Shown: positions 26,169 through 35,688 of the stretch, one piece after another
Layout: the number at the start of each line of letters is the position of its first letter
Numbering within the stretch: position 1 is the stretch's first letter
Source: an uncultured Christensenella sp.
GTDB taxonomy: Bacteria; Bacillota; Clostridia; Christensenellales; UBA3700
Direction: 5' to 3'
NCBI GenBank assembly: GCA_910578245.1
Contig: CAJTPC010000002.1
Span: 44,144-108,143 of the forward strand
DNA length: 64,000 nt
Translations under genes and position numbers: made by a program
The notes under the pieces: generated by a model
The model's database searches: none
What the model saw: only the letters and a program-made list of their open reading frames with translations
What the model was told of the DNA's origin: nothing

Positions 26169-28013
26169 CTACTCATATTTAGTTCTTGCTACCGCGCTCT
26201 CCCAACCTAGCAATAATTCATAACGAGAATCGGCATCCATTGTCGGCTTAAATACCTTGCCCTTACCTATTTGCGTTCTAAGTCTATCGATGTCTTTCCA
26301 TACTCCTACGCAAAGACCTGCCAAATAGCATACTCCCAAAGCAGTGGTTTCTACCACAGCAGGTCGCAAAACATCCGCTTGCAGTAAGTCTGCTTGAAAT
26401 TTCATAAGTATATCGGATACGCTTGCTCCGCCGTCTACCGCCAGCGCCGTTATCTTCCTTCCAATATCGCTTTCCATTGCGTGAACGACATCAAATACCT
26501 GATAAGCAATGGACTCCAACGCCGCGCGCACAAAATGCTCTCTCTTTACGCCTCTGGTAAGCCCCACTACGGTACCTCTGGCGTTTGCGTCCCAGTGCGG
26601 AGCGCCCAAACCCACAAAGGCGGGGACTATATATACCCCGTTGGTATTATCTACCGTCGCCGAAAGTTCATCGGCTTCTCTTGCGGAAGATATGAGTTTC
26701 ATTTCATCTCTCAGCCACTGCAATACCGCGCCCCCAACGAATACGCTGCCCTCAAGTACGTATTGCGGTCTGCCGTCTTGCATACTTGCCGACAACGTTG
26801 TGATAAGTCCGCGCTTTGAAATGACAAACTCGCTTCCCGTATTCATCAGAGTAAAACAGCCTGTGCCGTATGTATTCTTTACGCTACCTTTCTCCACGCA
26901 AAGATGTCCGAACAATGCCGATTGTTGGTCGCCCGCTACACCGCAAATGGGCATTTCTGCTCCTGCAACGGTTCTATCGCATACTCCGTAGTTATAAGAC
27001 GACGGATATACGGCGGGCAACATATTCTTTGGTATACCGTAAAGCGCAAGCAACTCATCGTCCCACTCAAGCGTCTTGATATTGAACATCATGGTTCTTG
27101 ACGCATTGGTATAATCCGTAGCGTGAATTTTTCCGCCGGAAAGTTTCCACATCAAATAAGTATCCACCGTGCCAAATAAAAGCTGACCTTCTTGCGCTTT
27201 CTCTCTAGCGCCTTTTACGTTGTCAAGTATCCACTTGAGTTTGGTTGCAGAAAAATACGCGTCGACAGTCAAGCCTGTCTTAGAATATATAATTTCATCG
27301 TACCCATTTGCTTTCAACTCATCGCAATAATCAGCGGTACGATGGCATTGCCATACTATTGCGTTGTAGATTGGCTTTCCCGTGGTCTTATCCCACACGA
27401 TTGACGTTTCGCGTTGATTGGTAATGCCTATTGCGGAAATATCGCTAAGCGCAACTCCGCTCTTGCCGATTGCCGACTTAAAGACTTCATACTGACTTTC
27501 CCAAATTTCCTCGGGGTCATGTTCTACCCAACCCGCGCGAGGATAAATCTGCTTGAACTCCTTTTGCGCCGAACTTACTATCTTTCCGTAATCGTCAAAG
27601 ACTATGGCTCTTGAGGACGTCGTACCTTGGTCCAATGATACCAAATATTTTCTTGGACTTTTAGCAACCGATTTCGTAGCGATAAAATCTACGCCCAATC
27701 CCAACACGTCCTCAACTATTACTTGACCAATCTCTATTGGCGCCTGCTCAATGACTCCGTCCAAAAGTTGTAGCGCGTCAAACATCTTATCCTTAGGTAT
27801 CGGCTCGCTAGTCTTGACGCTTACCATATTTATTACTCCGCCCGCTACGTCTACCACTGAAGTAACGACTCTCTTTGGACAGATTGATTCATCCTTAGCA
27901 TACTTCGCGCCGCGAGGACAAGTATTGCCGGTGACTATAATATTGTCCCTGTCACTGTCGTCAACTTGCAAATGGCATCCCATCGGACAGCATATACATA
28001 TCATTTCTTTCAT
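26169..28013 (-). CDS. glpK: DUF1667 domain fused to glycerol kinase
   Basis: Residues 1-~118 are DUF1667-like (CICCPMGCHL..VTGNTCPRGAKYAKDE..). After the linker KSVAKSPRK comes YLVSLDQGTTSSRAIVFD, and GlpK runs full length to the C-terminus. One uninterrupted 614-aa ORF. Confidence 0.85.
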   Translation of the reverse strand: MKEMICICCPMGCHLQVDDSDRDNIIVTGNTCPRGAKYAKDESICPKRVVTSVVDVAGGVINMVSVKTSEPIPKDKMFDALQLLDGVIEQAPIEIGQVIVEDVLGLGVDFIATKSVAKSPRKYLVSLDQGTTSSRAIVFDDYGKIVSSAQKEFKQIYPRAGWVEHDPEEIWESQYEVFKSAIGKSGVALSDISAIGITNQRETSIVWDKTTGKPIYNAIVWQCHRTADYCDELKANGYDEIIYSKTGLTVDAYFSATKLKWILDNVKGAREKAQEGQLLFGTVDTYLMWKLSGGKIHATDYTNASRTMMFNIKTLEWDDELLALYGIPKNMLPAVYPSSYNYGVCDRTVAGAEMPICGVAGDQQSALFGHLCVEKGSVKNTYGTGCFTLMNTGSEFVISKRGLITTLSASMQDGRPQYVLEGSVFVGGAVLQWLRDEMKLISSAREADELSATVDNTNGVYIVPAFVGLGAPHWDANARGTVVGLTRGVKREHFVRAALESIAYQVFDVVHAMESDIGRKITALAVDGGASVSDILMKFQADLLQADVLRPAVVETTALGVCYLAGLCVGVWKDIDRLRTQIGKGKVFKPTMDADSRYELLLGWESAVARTKYE

Positions 28014-28035
28014 ATACTTTCCTCCTTATCTCCCC

Positions 28036-29292
28036 TCAATCTTTAAGACGCAACGTCAACTTCTTGCCGCTTTGAATTCTCTTAATTTGCTCGCCAGTCA
28101 AAATAACGCTCTCCATTTCGCCGGGCGTGACGATTTGCTTTTTCTTGGAAAACACTTCTTCGCCGTCTATCTCGGCGACAAGCCTTTTATTCTTAAATAC
28201 CCCGCTTACACGCATCTTGAGTTGCAAGTTGTCAATGCTTGCGCTCTTAGATAAAAACTGAGGTACAACGTAGCGCACTCCGTCTTCGCCGACAATACTT
28301 ACTTTCTCGTGCGGCTTAAGTCCTTCCTTAATATACTTAGTCGCGCTCGCGCCGGCTTCCTCGCTCTCCTTGCTGACAAAGTCCACGAGGTCGTGCACGT
28401 GCAGTACGTTGCCACATTCAAAAATACCCTCGACGGAAGTCATCATACTCTCGTCTACAATTGCTCCGCCCGTTACTCCCGAAATCTGTACTCCCGCTTT
28501 TTCGGCGAGTTCCTTTTCCGGAATCAATCCTATGCTCAAGAGCAGAGTGTCGCATTTTATCTCCTGCGCCGTTTCCATAATAGGATTGAGTTTTTCGTCC
28601 ACCTTTGCAATAACCACGCTACTTACTCTCTTGTCGCCCTTTATCTCTACAACTGTATGCGAAAACAAAAGCGGTATATCAAAGTCTTTTACGCATTGCA
28701 CTATATTTCTGTTAAGTCCGGACGAATATGGCATAAGCTCGACGATAGCCTTGACTTTTGCGCCCTCATAAGTCATGCGCCTTGCCATAATTAGACCTAT
28801 GTCGCCGCTACCTAGAATTACGACCTCTTTTCCCGGCATATAGCCGTCAATATTGATTAGTTTTTGAGCCGTACCCGCCGAGAATATACCCGCGCACCTA
28901 CTGCCCGCCACGTTGATACCGCCTCTCGGTCGCTCTCTGCAACCGCAAGCTACTATCACGGCTTTTGCCCGATACTTGAGAAGCCCGTCTGTTTCGTTGA
29001 CCGCCGTCACAACTTTGTCGTTACTAATTGAGAGAACCGTTGTATCAAGTTTGCACTCAATACCGCGTTTTTGAACTTCTATAATATATCTCTCCGCATA
29101 TTCCGGACCTGTCAATTCTTCTTTGAAAGTGTGCAAGCCAAAGCCGTTGTGTATACATTGATTGAGTATACCGCCAAGTTCGCTCTGTCTTTCTAATATG
29201 ACTATATCTCGCTCGCCAGCATCGTACGCGCTCTTCGCCGCCGCAAGTCCAGCAGGTCCTCCGCCTATTATTACAAGATTTTTATTTATCAT
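28036..29292 (-). CDS. NAD(P)/FAD-dependent pyridine nucleotide-disulfide oxidoreductase family protein (glycerol operon partner)
   Basis: LVIIGGGPAGLAAA and VVILGSGDIGLIMA dinucleotide-binding motifs. Sits between the GlpA-like and DUF1667 genes, as in clostridial glycerol operons. Confidence 0.8.
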   Translation of the reverse strand: MINKNLVIIGGGPAGLAAAKSAYDAGERDIVILERQSELGGILNQCIHNGFGLHTFKEELTGPEYAERYIIEVQKRGIECKLDTTVLSISNDKVVTAVNETDGLLKYRAKAVIVACGCRERPRGGINVAGSRCAGIFSAGTAQKLINIDGYMPGKEVVILGSGDIGLIMARRMTYEGAKVKAIVELMPYSSGLNRNIVQCVKDFDIPLLFSHTVVEIKGDKRVSSVVIAKVDEKLNPIMETAQEIKCDTLLLSIGLIPEKELAEKAGVQISGVTGGAIVDESMMTSVEGIFECGNVLHVHDLVDFVSKESEEAGASATKYIKEGLKPHEKVSIVGEDGVRYVVPQFLSKSASIDNLQLKMRVSGVFKNKRLVAEIDGEEVFSKKKQIVTPGEMESVILTGEQIKRIQSGKKLTLRLKD

Positions 29293-29300
29293 AACTCCCC

Positions 29301-30734
29301 CTATTTTCTCCCCTTGGTTTTGCCAACGACTATCTTGCCACCCGAGCTCTTCTCCACTTCCTCAAAGGCTATGCCGAGTTCTCGCTCCAATATATCCATT
29401 ACCCTTTCCATGCAAAAACCGCTTTGGCATTTACCCATACCCGCGCGGGTGCGGAATTTGACTCCGCCTACGTCCTTGGCTCCAATAGGTCGGTTTATCG
29501 CGTCGACTATCTCGCCTTCGGTGACGGTTTCGCACTTGCAGATAACTTTACCGTATAACGGATTTATCTTGATAAGTTCTTCTCTCTCCTCGTCGCTCAT
29601 AGTAGCAAAACGCGGTACGCCTTTACGTGTAGCGATGAAGCCTTCTTTCTCCACAAGCGAAAGTTTATCGGCTACGTCTTTTGCTACGTACACTCCAATT
29701 GCGGGAGCCGAAGTCAGCCCCGGCGACTCTATTCCCGCTACGTTGTAAAAGCCCTTTTGCGCGCTTTCGCCTATAATAAAATCTCCGTCTACGCTGTGCG
29801 CCCTCAAACCGCTGAATTGCGTTATTACAAATCTCTTATTGAGCGACGGCACGCTGACAACCGCTTTTTCGTATACCTCTTTAAGTCCCTCGTAAGTGGT
29901 ATACAAAGCCTCTTTGTCATCAACGTCTTTTGCCGTAGGTCCCGTAATAATATTGCCGTGCGTGGTGGGAGCGACCAAAATCCCTTTGCCCATTTTGCTT
30001 GGCATTTGGAAAATCGTTCTGCTCGCCAAATACCCGCAAGACTTGTCGTATAGCATATACTCGCCTTTTCTTGCGACTATCTTTATCTTTTCATCGCATA
30101 CCATATTGTTTATTTCGTCTGCGTATACACCCGCGCAATTTATTACGACGTCTGCCAAATAACTTGACCCGTCCATTGCGCTCACTTTCCATCTGTTTTT
30201 TTCTTTGGAAATATTGCATACCTCTTTGTTAAACAAAAATTCACAGCCGTTTACCGACGCATTTTCCGCATAAGCTATGCACATCTCATAAGGACTGACT
30301 ATACCCGAAGTCTTTGCGTAAAGCGCGCCCACTACCTTATCGTTGATATACGGCTCTAACTCTCTTGCTTTGTCGCCGTCCAGAAGTTCAAGCCCGCTTA
30401 CGCCGTTGGCGACGCCTCTTTCGTAAAGTTCTTTAAGTACGCCTATCTCTTCTTTGTCAAAACAAAGCACTAAAGCGCCGTTGCGCTTAAATGGAAAATC
30501 AAGTTGCTTGGCTATATCATCGAACATAGCGTTGCCAAGCATATTAAACTTTGCTTTTACCGTATTGGGTTTTGCGTCAAATCCTGCGTGGACAATACCC
30601 GAATTTGCCTTAGTCGTCCCCTGGCTTACGTCTCCGCGTCTTTCCAAAAGCGTTATGTTAACTCGATAGCGACTAAGTTCTCTGGCAATCGCGCAACCTA
30701 TTACACCGCCACCGATAATGATAATATCTTTCAT
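29301..30734 (-). CDS. FAD-dependent glycerol-3-phosphate dehydrogenase/oxidase-like protein with BFD-like [2Fe-2S] domain
   Basis: IIIIGGGVIGCAIARELS N-terminus; C-terminal CKCETVTEGEIVDAI...G.CQSGFC. Confidence 0.8.
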   Translation of the reverse strand: MKDIIIIGGGVIGCAIARELSRYRVNITLLERRGDVSQGTTKANSGIVHAGFDAKPNTVKAKFNMLGNAMFDDIAKQLDFPFKRNGALVLCFDKEEIGVLKELYERGVANGVSGLELLDGDKARELEPYINDKVVGALYAKTSGIVSPYEMCIAYAENASVNGCEFLFNKEVCNISKEKNRWKVSAMDGSSYLADVVINCAGVYADEINNMVCDEKIKIVARKGEYMLYDKSCGYLASRTIFQMPSKMGKGILVAPTTHGNIITGPTAKDVDDKEALYTTYEGLKEVYEKAVVSVPSLNKRFVITQFSGLRAHSVDGDFIIGESAQKGFYNVAGIESPGLTSAPAIGVYVAKDVADKLSLVEKEGFIATRKGVPRFATMSDEEREELIKINPLYGKVICKCETVTEGEIVDAINRPIGAKDVGGVKFRTRAGMGKCQSGFCMERVMDILERELGIAFEEVEKSSGGKIVVGKTKGRK

Positions 30735-30763
30735 AATCCCTCTTGATCTTTTATTTATAATAA

Positions 30764-30792
30764 ATTATACCATATATTTCAGATAAATTCAA
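30764..30792 (-). promoter_or_regulatory. sigma-A-type promoter of the glycerol operon (TTGAAT-17-TATAAT with TG extension)
   Basis: Minus strand: TTGAAT (30792-30787), 17-nt spacer ending in TGG, TATAAT (30769-30764), about 30 nt before the ATG at 30734. Confidence 0.55.
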
Positions 30793-30793
30793 C

Positions 30794-30828
30794 ATAAAAA
30801 ATATACGCTCAACAAATTGAGCGTATAT
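30794..30828 (-). terminator. rho-independent terminator after the DUF975 gene
   Basis: 12-bp perfect stem ATATACGCTCAA/TTGAGCGTATAT with a 4-nt loop, followed by TTTTTT on the minus strand. Confidence 0.75.
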
Positions 30829-30869
30829 CAAATTTATTTATTTCTGAAAATAGAATACGTTATTATTTT

Positions 30870-31595
30870 TTATAAATCAAAGTCATCTTTGAAATCGTCT
30901 TTGTGAGATTGACTGTTATCGTCAAAAGCATCGAAAAAATCATTGCCGTCAATATTCGTATTAACATCGCCGTCCACGACAACGCCACCGTCGTTTAATA
31001 CGCTGTCCTCTCTCTCATCTTCGGGAAGCAAGCTCAAATAGAACTTAGCCTTAGCGGTTTCCATATAAGGGCTAACCCAGAACGTCAAAATTCCCAAGGT
31101 AATCAAGCAAAGCAAGTACCAACCTATAAAGCTGAATTGCAGACAGAATAATCTCCATTTGTTGCCTTTCATCATTTCAATAGACTTCTTTCTTGCATCG
31201 TTAGCAGAGATATTAGGATTGTCAAGCAAGATATAATAACTCATGGAATAAGCAAACGACTTGATAATTCCCGGAACAATCAAAAGCAACGTCCACAAGA
31301 CAATGAAAATTTGGTTGGTGAGATACAATACCAACGTTCTTCCAAAATCTTTGAACCCGTCAAAAAGCATAGCCAAATCAACTTCTTTATTACGAGCGAC
31401 GTTGAGAGCAATTTTTGAATAACCGATCGTCAAAGGTCCCATAACGATAATTATTGCGACAACGCCTACGCCTATGTAGGATAAGCCGCCTAACGCTCCT
31501 GAAATGATGTCAAAGATAAGGAATGCGAGTACGCAAACTCCCCATTTGCCTCTAAGGCTTTCCCAAGCAGATTTTCTAAAATCTTTTGCTACCAT
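30870..31595 (-). CDS. DUF975-family integral membrane protein
   Basis: FRKSAWESLRGKWG start and a multi-TM body are typical of DUF975. Acidic C-terminal tail. Confidence 0.75.
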   Translation of the reverse strand: MVAKDFRKSAWESLRGKWGVCVLAFLIFDIISGALGGLSYIGVGVVAIIIVMGPLTIGYSKIALNVARNKEVDLAMLFDGFKDFGRTLVLYLTNQIFIVLWTLLLIVPGIIKSFAYSMSYYILLDNPNISANDARKKSIEMMKGNKWRLFCLQFSFIGWYLLCLITLGILTFWVSPYMETAKAKFYLSLLPEDEREDSVLNDGGVVVDGDVNTNIDGNDFFDAFDDNSQSHKDDFKDDFDL

Positions 31596-31745
31596 ATTTT
31601 ACCCCTCATAAATTTATTTTTACAATCTCATTCTAACAAATGCCGTATCGTAAGTCAATATGTTTTTTATGTAAATTTTACAAGAAAATTATTGGTTATA
31701 TTATATATTATACGTAGATAATATAAATTTTGACGATTACAATAT

Positions 31746-31946
31746 TTATTTAACTCTCTTTTTAGTAGTCGTCTTTTTCGTTGCAGCTTTTTCGCTCTTA
31801 CTCGCCTTCAAAGCCTTATCGCAAGGATTTTCCAAACTCTTGTCGCATTTTGAGCAGTGGTCGTACGTTCCGCAAGTGTCGTAACCTGCCCTTTGGCTGT
31901 CATTCCACTTTTTAATATCCATTTCCTGTTGTTTTTTTGTAAGCAT
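31746..31946 (-). CDS. small Cys-containing, Lys-rich hypothetical protein (66 aa)
   Basis: Intact ORF with Cys at C-x5-C-x2-C-x7-C spacing and a KKTTTKKRVK tail. No family recognised. Confidence 0.4.
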   Translation of the reverse strand: MLTKKQQEMDIKKWNDSQRAGYDTCGTYDHCSKCDKSLENPCDKALKASKSEKAATKKTTTKKRVK

Positions 31947-31995
31947 ATTATATCCTCCGTCGTATCTATATTAGTATATTATTGCAAAGTATATT

Positions 31996-32634
31996 CTAAT
32001 TATCTTTTTCCAAGAATTGTCCGGCGCATTTTTGTTGCGCTCTCTTTTTGTTTTCGCCATCAGCGCTCGCCACAAGCTCGCCGTCAATATACAGCTCTAC
32101 GGAAAATATAGGGCGATGCTCTTCTCCGCTCTTGCCAATGTCCTTAAACTCAATTGTATGTCCCGCATACTTTTCGTATAAAGCCGATTTATAATCTCTT
32201 TTACAGTTATCCTTGGAAGTTATTATAAGTTGCCGTAAGTCTTTGAGAATAAATCCTCTTGTCTTTTCTATACCTCCGTCAAGATAAATAGCTCCGCATA
32301 TCGCCTCGAATACATCGCTTCTGATATTATCGCTCAAATCTCCAAAGCCCATTTTGAGATACTTGTCGTATCCTCTTGCTTTAACTACTCCGGCAAGCGG
32401 AGTTGCCGACACTATGGCGCCTCTCATCTTCGTCAATCTGCCCTCGTCTAAATCAGGGTATGCTTTGCTTAGTTCGTCCGCAATGATAAAGTCCACAATA
32501 CTGTCGCCCAAAAACTCCAATCTCTGATAGTTCTCTCCGCCGTGTATATGAGAATACGAGGGGTGCGTCAACGCCCTTAGCAATAACTCTTTATCGACAA
32601 ACGTATATCCTATCAAAGCCTCAATATCTTGCAT
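31996..32634 (-). CDS. rnc: ribonuclease III
   Basis: Signature ERLEFLGDSIVDFIIADEL plus a C-terminal dsRBD-like segment (DYKSALYE...KKRAQQKCA). Confidence 0.85.
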   Translation of the reverse strand: MQDIEALIGYTFVDKELLLRALTHPSYSHIHGGENYQRLEFLGDSIVDFIIADELSKAYPDLDEGRLTKMRGAIVSATPLAGVVKARGYDKYLKMGFGDLSDNIRSDVFEAICGAIYLDGGIEKTRGFILKDLRQLIITSKDNCKRDYKSALYEKYAGHTIEFKDIGKSGEEHRPIFSVELYIDGELVASADGENKKRAQQKCAGQFLEKDN

Positions 32635-33668
32635 TATTCCTCTGCGGGTACCTCGTTAAGTTCTTGCTTATCAGAGCCAAGCGCATTTGCTATCTTAGCG
32701 CATACGTCAGCGTCTACCATTTCTTTGGCGCGTACTATAGCATTCTTGAACGCAGTGTCGTTGCTTGCTCCGTGCGCCTTGACAACGACCTTTTTAATCC
32801 CCAAGAAGACTCCTCCGCCTACCGTATCGCTCGACATAAGTGCTTTGATTTTCTTAAGCGATGGCTTGAGCAAAAGATACCCCAGTTTTGCTCTCAAACC
32901 GCCTTCCATGATATATTTCTTGAGCATGGCAAATATCGTCTTTCCCATACCCTCTGCGGCTTTCATACTCATATTACCTGCAAAGCCGTCGGCTACAATA
33001 ACGTCTACTTCGCCCTTAAACATTTCCCTAGCCTCGATATTGCCGACGAAATTCAAGTTGCTATCTTTCAAAAGCGCATATGCTTCTTTCGTCAAAGCGT
33101 TGCCCTTTTCTTCTTCCGCGCCGTTGTTGAGCAGAGCTACTTTGGGGCTCTCTTCACCGCCGGTACTGCTCATAAAAGCGCTACCCATAATAGCAAATTC
33201 TTTAAGCATACTTGCCTTGCAATCTACGTTGGCTCCGCCGTCTACGAGTATCGTGGCCTTGCCGTCAACCATAGTAGGCAAAAGCGGTGAAAGCGTGGCT
33301 CTCTGCACCCCGTCTATCAGTTTGACAAAAATAGTTGCGCCAATGAGTAAAGCTCCGGTATTGCCCGACGAAACCAAGCCGTCGTAATCTCCGCTCGCCA
33401 AGGTCTGAAGTCCCAACATCATTGAGGATTGTTTTTTTCTTCTCACGGCAAGCGTAGGCAAATCTTCGTTTGTCACTACTTCGCTTGCGTGCAAAATATT
33501 TATTCTTGACTTATCGTACGTCTTGTCCGCAAGATAAGCGCCTATCACGCTCTCATCTCCGCAAAGCGTGATTTCAAGTTCTTTATTCTCTTCAAGCGCC
33601 AATAATGCGCCGTCAATAGCGCTATTGGGACAGTTATCTCCGCCAAAACAGTCAAGTATTATCTTCAT
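32634..33668 (-). CDS. plsX: phosphate acyltransferase PlsX
   Basis: MKIILDCFGGDNCP start, GNTGALL, VVKAHGAS motifs. Confidence 0.9.
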   Translation of the reverse strand: MKIILDCFGGDNCPNSAIDGALLALEENKELEITLCGDESVIGAYLADKTYDKSRINILHASEVVTNEDLPTLAVRRKKQSSMMLGLQTLASGDYDGLVSSGNTGALLIGATIFVKLIDGVQRATLSPLLPTMVDGKATILVDGGANVDCKASMLKEFAIMGSAFMSSTGGEESPKVALLNNGAEEEKGNALTKEAYALLKDSNLNFVGNIEAREMFKGEVDVIVADGFAGNMSMKAAEGMGKTIFAMLKKYIMEGGLRAKLGYLLLKPSLKKIKALMSSDTVGGGVFLGIKKVVVKAHGASNDTAFKNAIVRAKEMVDADVCAKIANALGSDKQELNEVPAEE

Positions 33669-33761
33669 GGTATTTTTCCTCTAAGAAATCTTATTAAGTT
33701 GCGAAATCTTAATTAGAATATCTTTATTAATCAATATTATTATCATTTTAATATATTCTTT

Positions 33762-33801
33762 TACAAAAATCAAGCAATAGCCTTAAATTAAGACTATTGC
33801 T
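33762..33801 (-). terminator. putative terminator after 33844..34281
   Basis: AGCAATAG/CTATTGCT 8-bp stem with a 13-nt loop, followed by TGATTTTTGT on the minus strand. Confidence 0.45.
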
Positions 33802-33843
33802 CGCTTCTTTATAAGTATATTATAATTCAACTTATTGACTTGA

Positions 33844-34281
33844 TTATTCTTCTAAGCCATATCTCGTTATATAATTAGTCAAATAAGAATGACATTTATA
33901 CTGTTTTCCGTCAATATTCAAAACGCTTCCGCATATTGAAAATGACTTTTCGCTTCCGTCTTTCAACTTAAAAGTAACTCCACTGCTCCCCGCGTCAATT
34001 TGCTCGTTACTTTTCTCAAATCTTGACGAGCGAAACTCTTGAATTATATATTCAATTTCCGCTTTGCTTAATTCGTATTCTTTTATTGTCGGAGCATCGG
34101 AAGACGTAACGTTATGATATAAATACGCCGTATCTACCTCCTCAACGCTTATATCCAATAACTCGTCGCCTGATTTCCACCGCGCATTATTCCATATCAA
34201 TACTGACGACAGAACAATTACGGCAACCGTCATTACACAAAATAAAATCCAACCGAGTTTTGATTTCATAATTTCCTCCAA
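33844..34281 (-). CDS. N-terminally membrane-anchored hypothetical protein
   Basis: TM segment LGWILFCVMTVAVIVLSSVLIW followed by a soluble domain. No family recognised. Confidence 0.55.
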   Translation of the reverse strand: MEEIMKSKLGWILFCVMTVAVIVLSSVLIWNNARWKSGDELLDISVEEVDTAYLYHNVTSSDAPTIKEYELSKAEIEYIIQEFRSSRFEKSNEQIDAGSSGVTFKLKDGSEKSFSICGSVLNIDGKQYKCHSYLTNYITRYGLEE

Positions 34282-34291
34282 TTATTTAAGA

Positions 34292-34885
34292 CTATCGCTC
34301 TATTATAAACATTTTATCAAATAAATACCTCGCGTATTCGTTTGCTTTTTCTCTGACATCTTCCGCGCTTGACGCCGTATGTATACTGTAAGTTGCTCCG
34401 TCCAAGACAAATAATATATTTGTTTCTTCTATTGTATTATCAAATTGCGTGGAAGATTGTTGTTTATAATAAACGTTAATGCTATCAACCTTTTGAACGT
34501 CATAACCGTCTACCAACTGCGAAATATCCTCCCCTTTTGTTGCCGAAATGCTTGCGCTGACGTCTTGGCTTCCTAAATCCATTATATATCCGGTAGCATA
34601 TTTATACCTAAAAGTAAGATTAGTGTACTTACCGTAACGATGATTGCTATCCTCGTCAGGCTTAGGGAAATAAACTCTACAAGGTTCTTTGACCTCGCCT
34701 TCAAGTCCGATAGGCACAATAAAGTAATCACCTAATTTGTTCTGAAGAGTATCGTAGTCTAGTTTCTTGCTATATACTTCCGTCGTCGCCCAAATGCTAA
34801 ACATCGTGATAGAAAATATCAGAACTACCGCAACTATTACTGACACGGCTATTTTTACTTTACTCTTTTTTGTTAATTTAGTCAT
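34292..34885 (-). CDS. N-terminally membrane-anchored hypothetical protein
   Basis: TM segment IAVSVIVAVVLIFSITMFSIW followed by a soluble domain. A deleted paralog copy lies at 35139-35255. Confidence 0.55.
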   Translation of the reverse strand: MTKLTKKSKVKIAVSVIVAVVLIFSITMFSIWATTEVYSKKLDYDTLQNKLGDYFIVPIGLEGEVKEPCRVYFPKPDEDSNHRYGKYTNLTFRYKYATGYIMDLGSQDVSASISATKGEDISQLVDGYDVQKVDSINVYYKQQSSTQFDNTIEETNILFVLDGATYSIHTASSAEDVREKANEYARYLFDKMFIIER

Positions 34886-35138
34886 AGTTTTTTCCTCCCA
34901 TCTATTATTACACTACTGCGCCTACTTTATAATTAAACGTAATGTTTCGAATAAAATTTAATTTATAAACATACATTTGTTCGGTTCCACCATATTGCCA
35001 ACCTGAATGTGTTATAAAATCTTGAATTGTGCCACTTGATGTGGTGCAGTATCCATATATTATCATCATATGCAAAGCCACGTCTTCCTTTTTCCAACTA
35101 TCACTATTACTGTCATATGAAAAATATCCATTTCCCGT

Positions 35139-35255
35139 TTAATATCTCGCATACTCGTTTACTTTTTGTCTAGTGTCTTCTACGTCTGATTCTGTCCGCA
35201 TACTGTAAGTCACTCCGTCTAATAAACATTATTTCTTTCGTCAACTTAGCCATAC
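35139..35255 (-). pseudogene. internally deleted paralog of 34292..34885 (first ~7 codons joined to last ~30 codons)
   Basis: 35141-35230 aligns at roughly 70% identity by eye with 34321-34410, the 3' end of the intact gene. 35234-35255 encodes MAKLTKE against MTKLTKK in the intact copy. Confidence 0.5.
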
Positions 35256-35353
35256 TGTCCCCCTAAAGACAAAAACTAATTTCGATTATATATTTTTCAC
35301 CTATGCTTTTCTACAGTATATCATATAGACTGGAGTATATCAATACCCATTAT

Positions 35354-35381
35354 TAAAAAAACGGAGCTTAACGCTCCGTTT
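35354..35381 (-). terminator. rho-independent terminator after rpmF
   Basis: AAACGGAGC-gttaa-GCTCCGTTT followed by TTTTTTT on the minus strand. Confidence 0.8.
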
Positions 35382-35401
35382 AGATTTTTTACTAAAAAAT
35401 A

Positions 35402-35587
35402 TTAGTCCTTATTGCTCTTCTCAACAACAAGTTCGCCGTCATAATAACCGCAGTTTGGGCATACTCTGTGGTTTGCCTTCAACTCGTGGCATTGTGGACA
35501 TGTCGAAAGATTTGGAGCGGTCAACTTCCAATTTGCTGAACGCGTATGCTTTCTTTGTTTTGATGTTTTCGCCTTTGGTACTGCCAT
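35402..35587 (-). CDS. rpmF: 50S ribosomal protein L32
   Basis: MAVPKAKTSKQRKHTRSANWK..CPQCHELKANHRVCPNCGYY. ATG at 35587 follows a GGAGGTG SD. Confidence 0.9.
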   Translation of the reverse strand: MAVPKAKTSKQRKHTRSANWKLTAPNLSTCPQCHELKANHRVCPNCGYYDGELVVEKSNKD

Positions 35588-35688
35588 TGCCAACACCTCC
35601 ATTTCATACTGATAAAATTTATTGCTATTGCATTATAGTTGATTTTTTTATCTTTGTCAAACAAAATGCAAAAGTTTTATATTTTATT

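Noticed and set aside
26143-26174. 9-bp-stem hairpin GAGTAGATT/AATCTACTC overlapping the glpK stop codon, considered as the operon terminator
   Set aside because: It has a 14-nt AT loop and no U-tract on the minus strand, so it is not a convincing intrinsic terminator.
32629-33387. 252-aa plus-strand ORF (and 32664..33290) rich in S/A/L/P, opposite plsX
   Set aside because: It is fully antisense to a strongly supported plsX gene, has a low-complexity composition and no SD. It is a typical shadow ORF.
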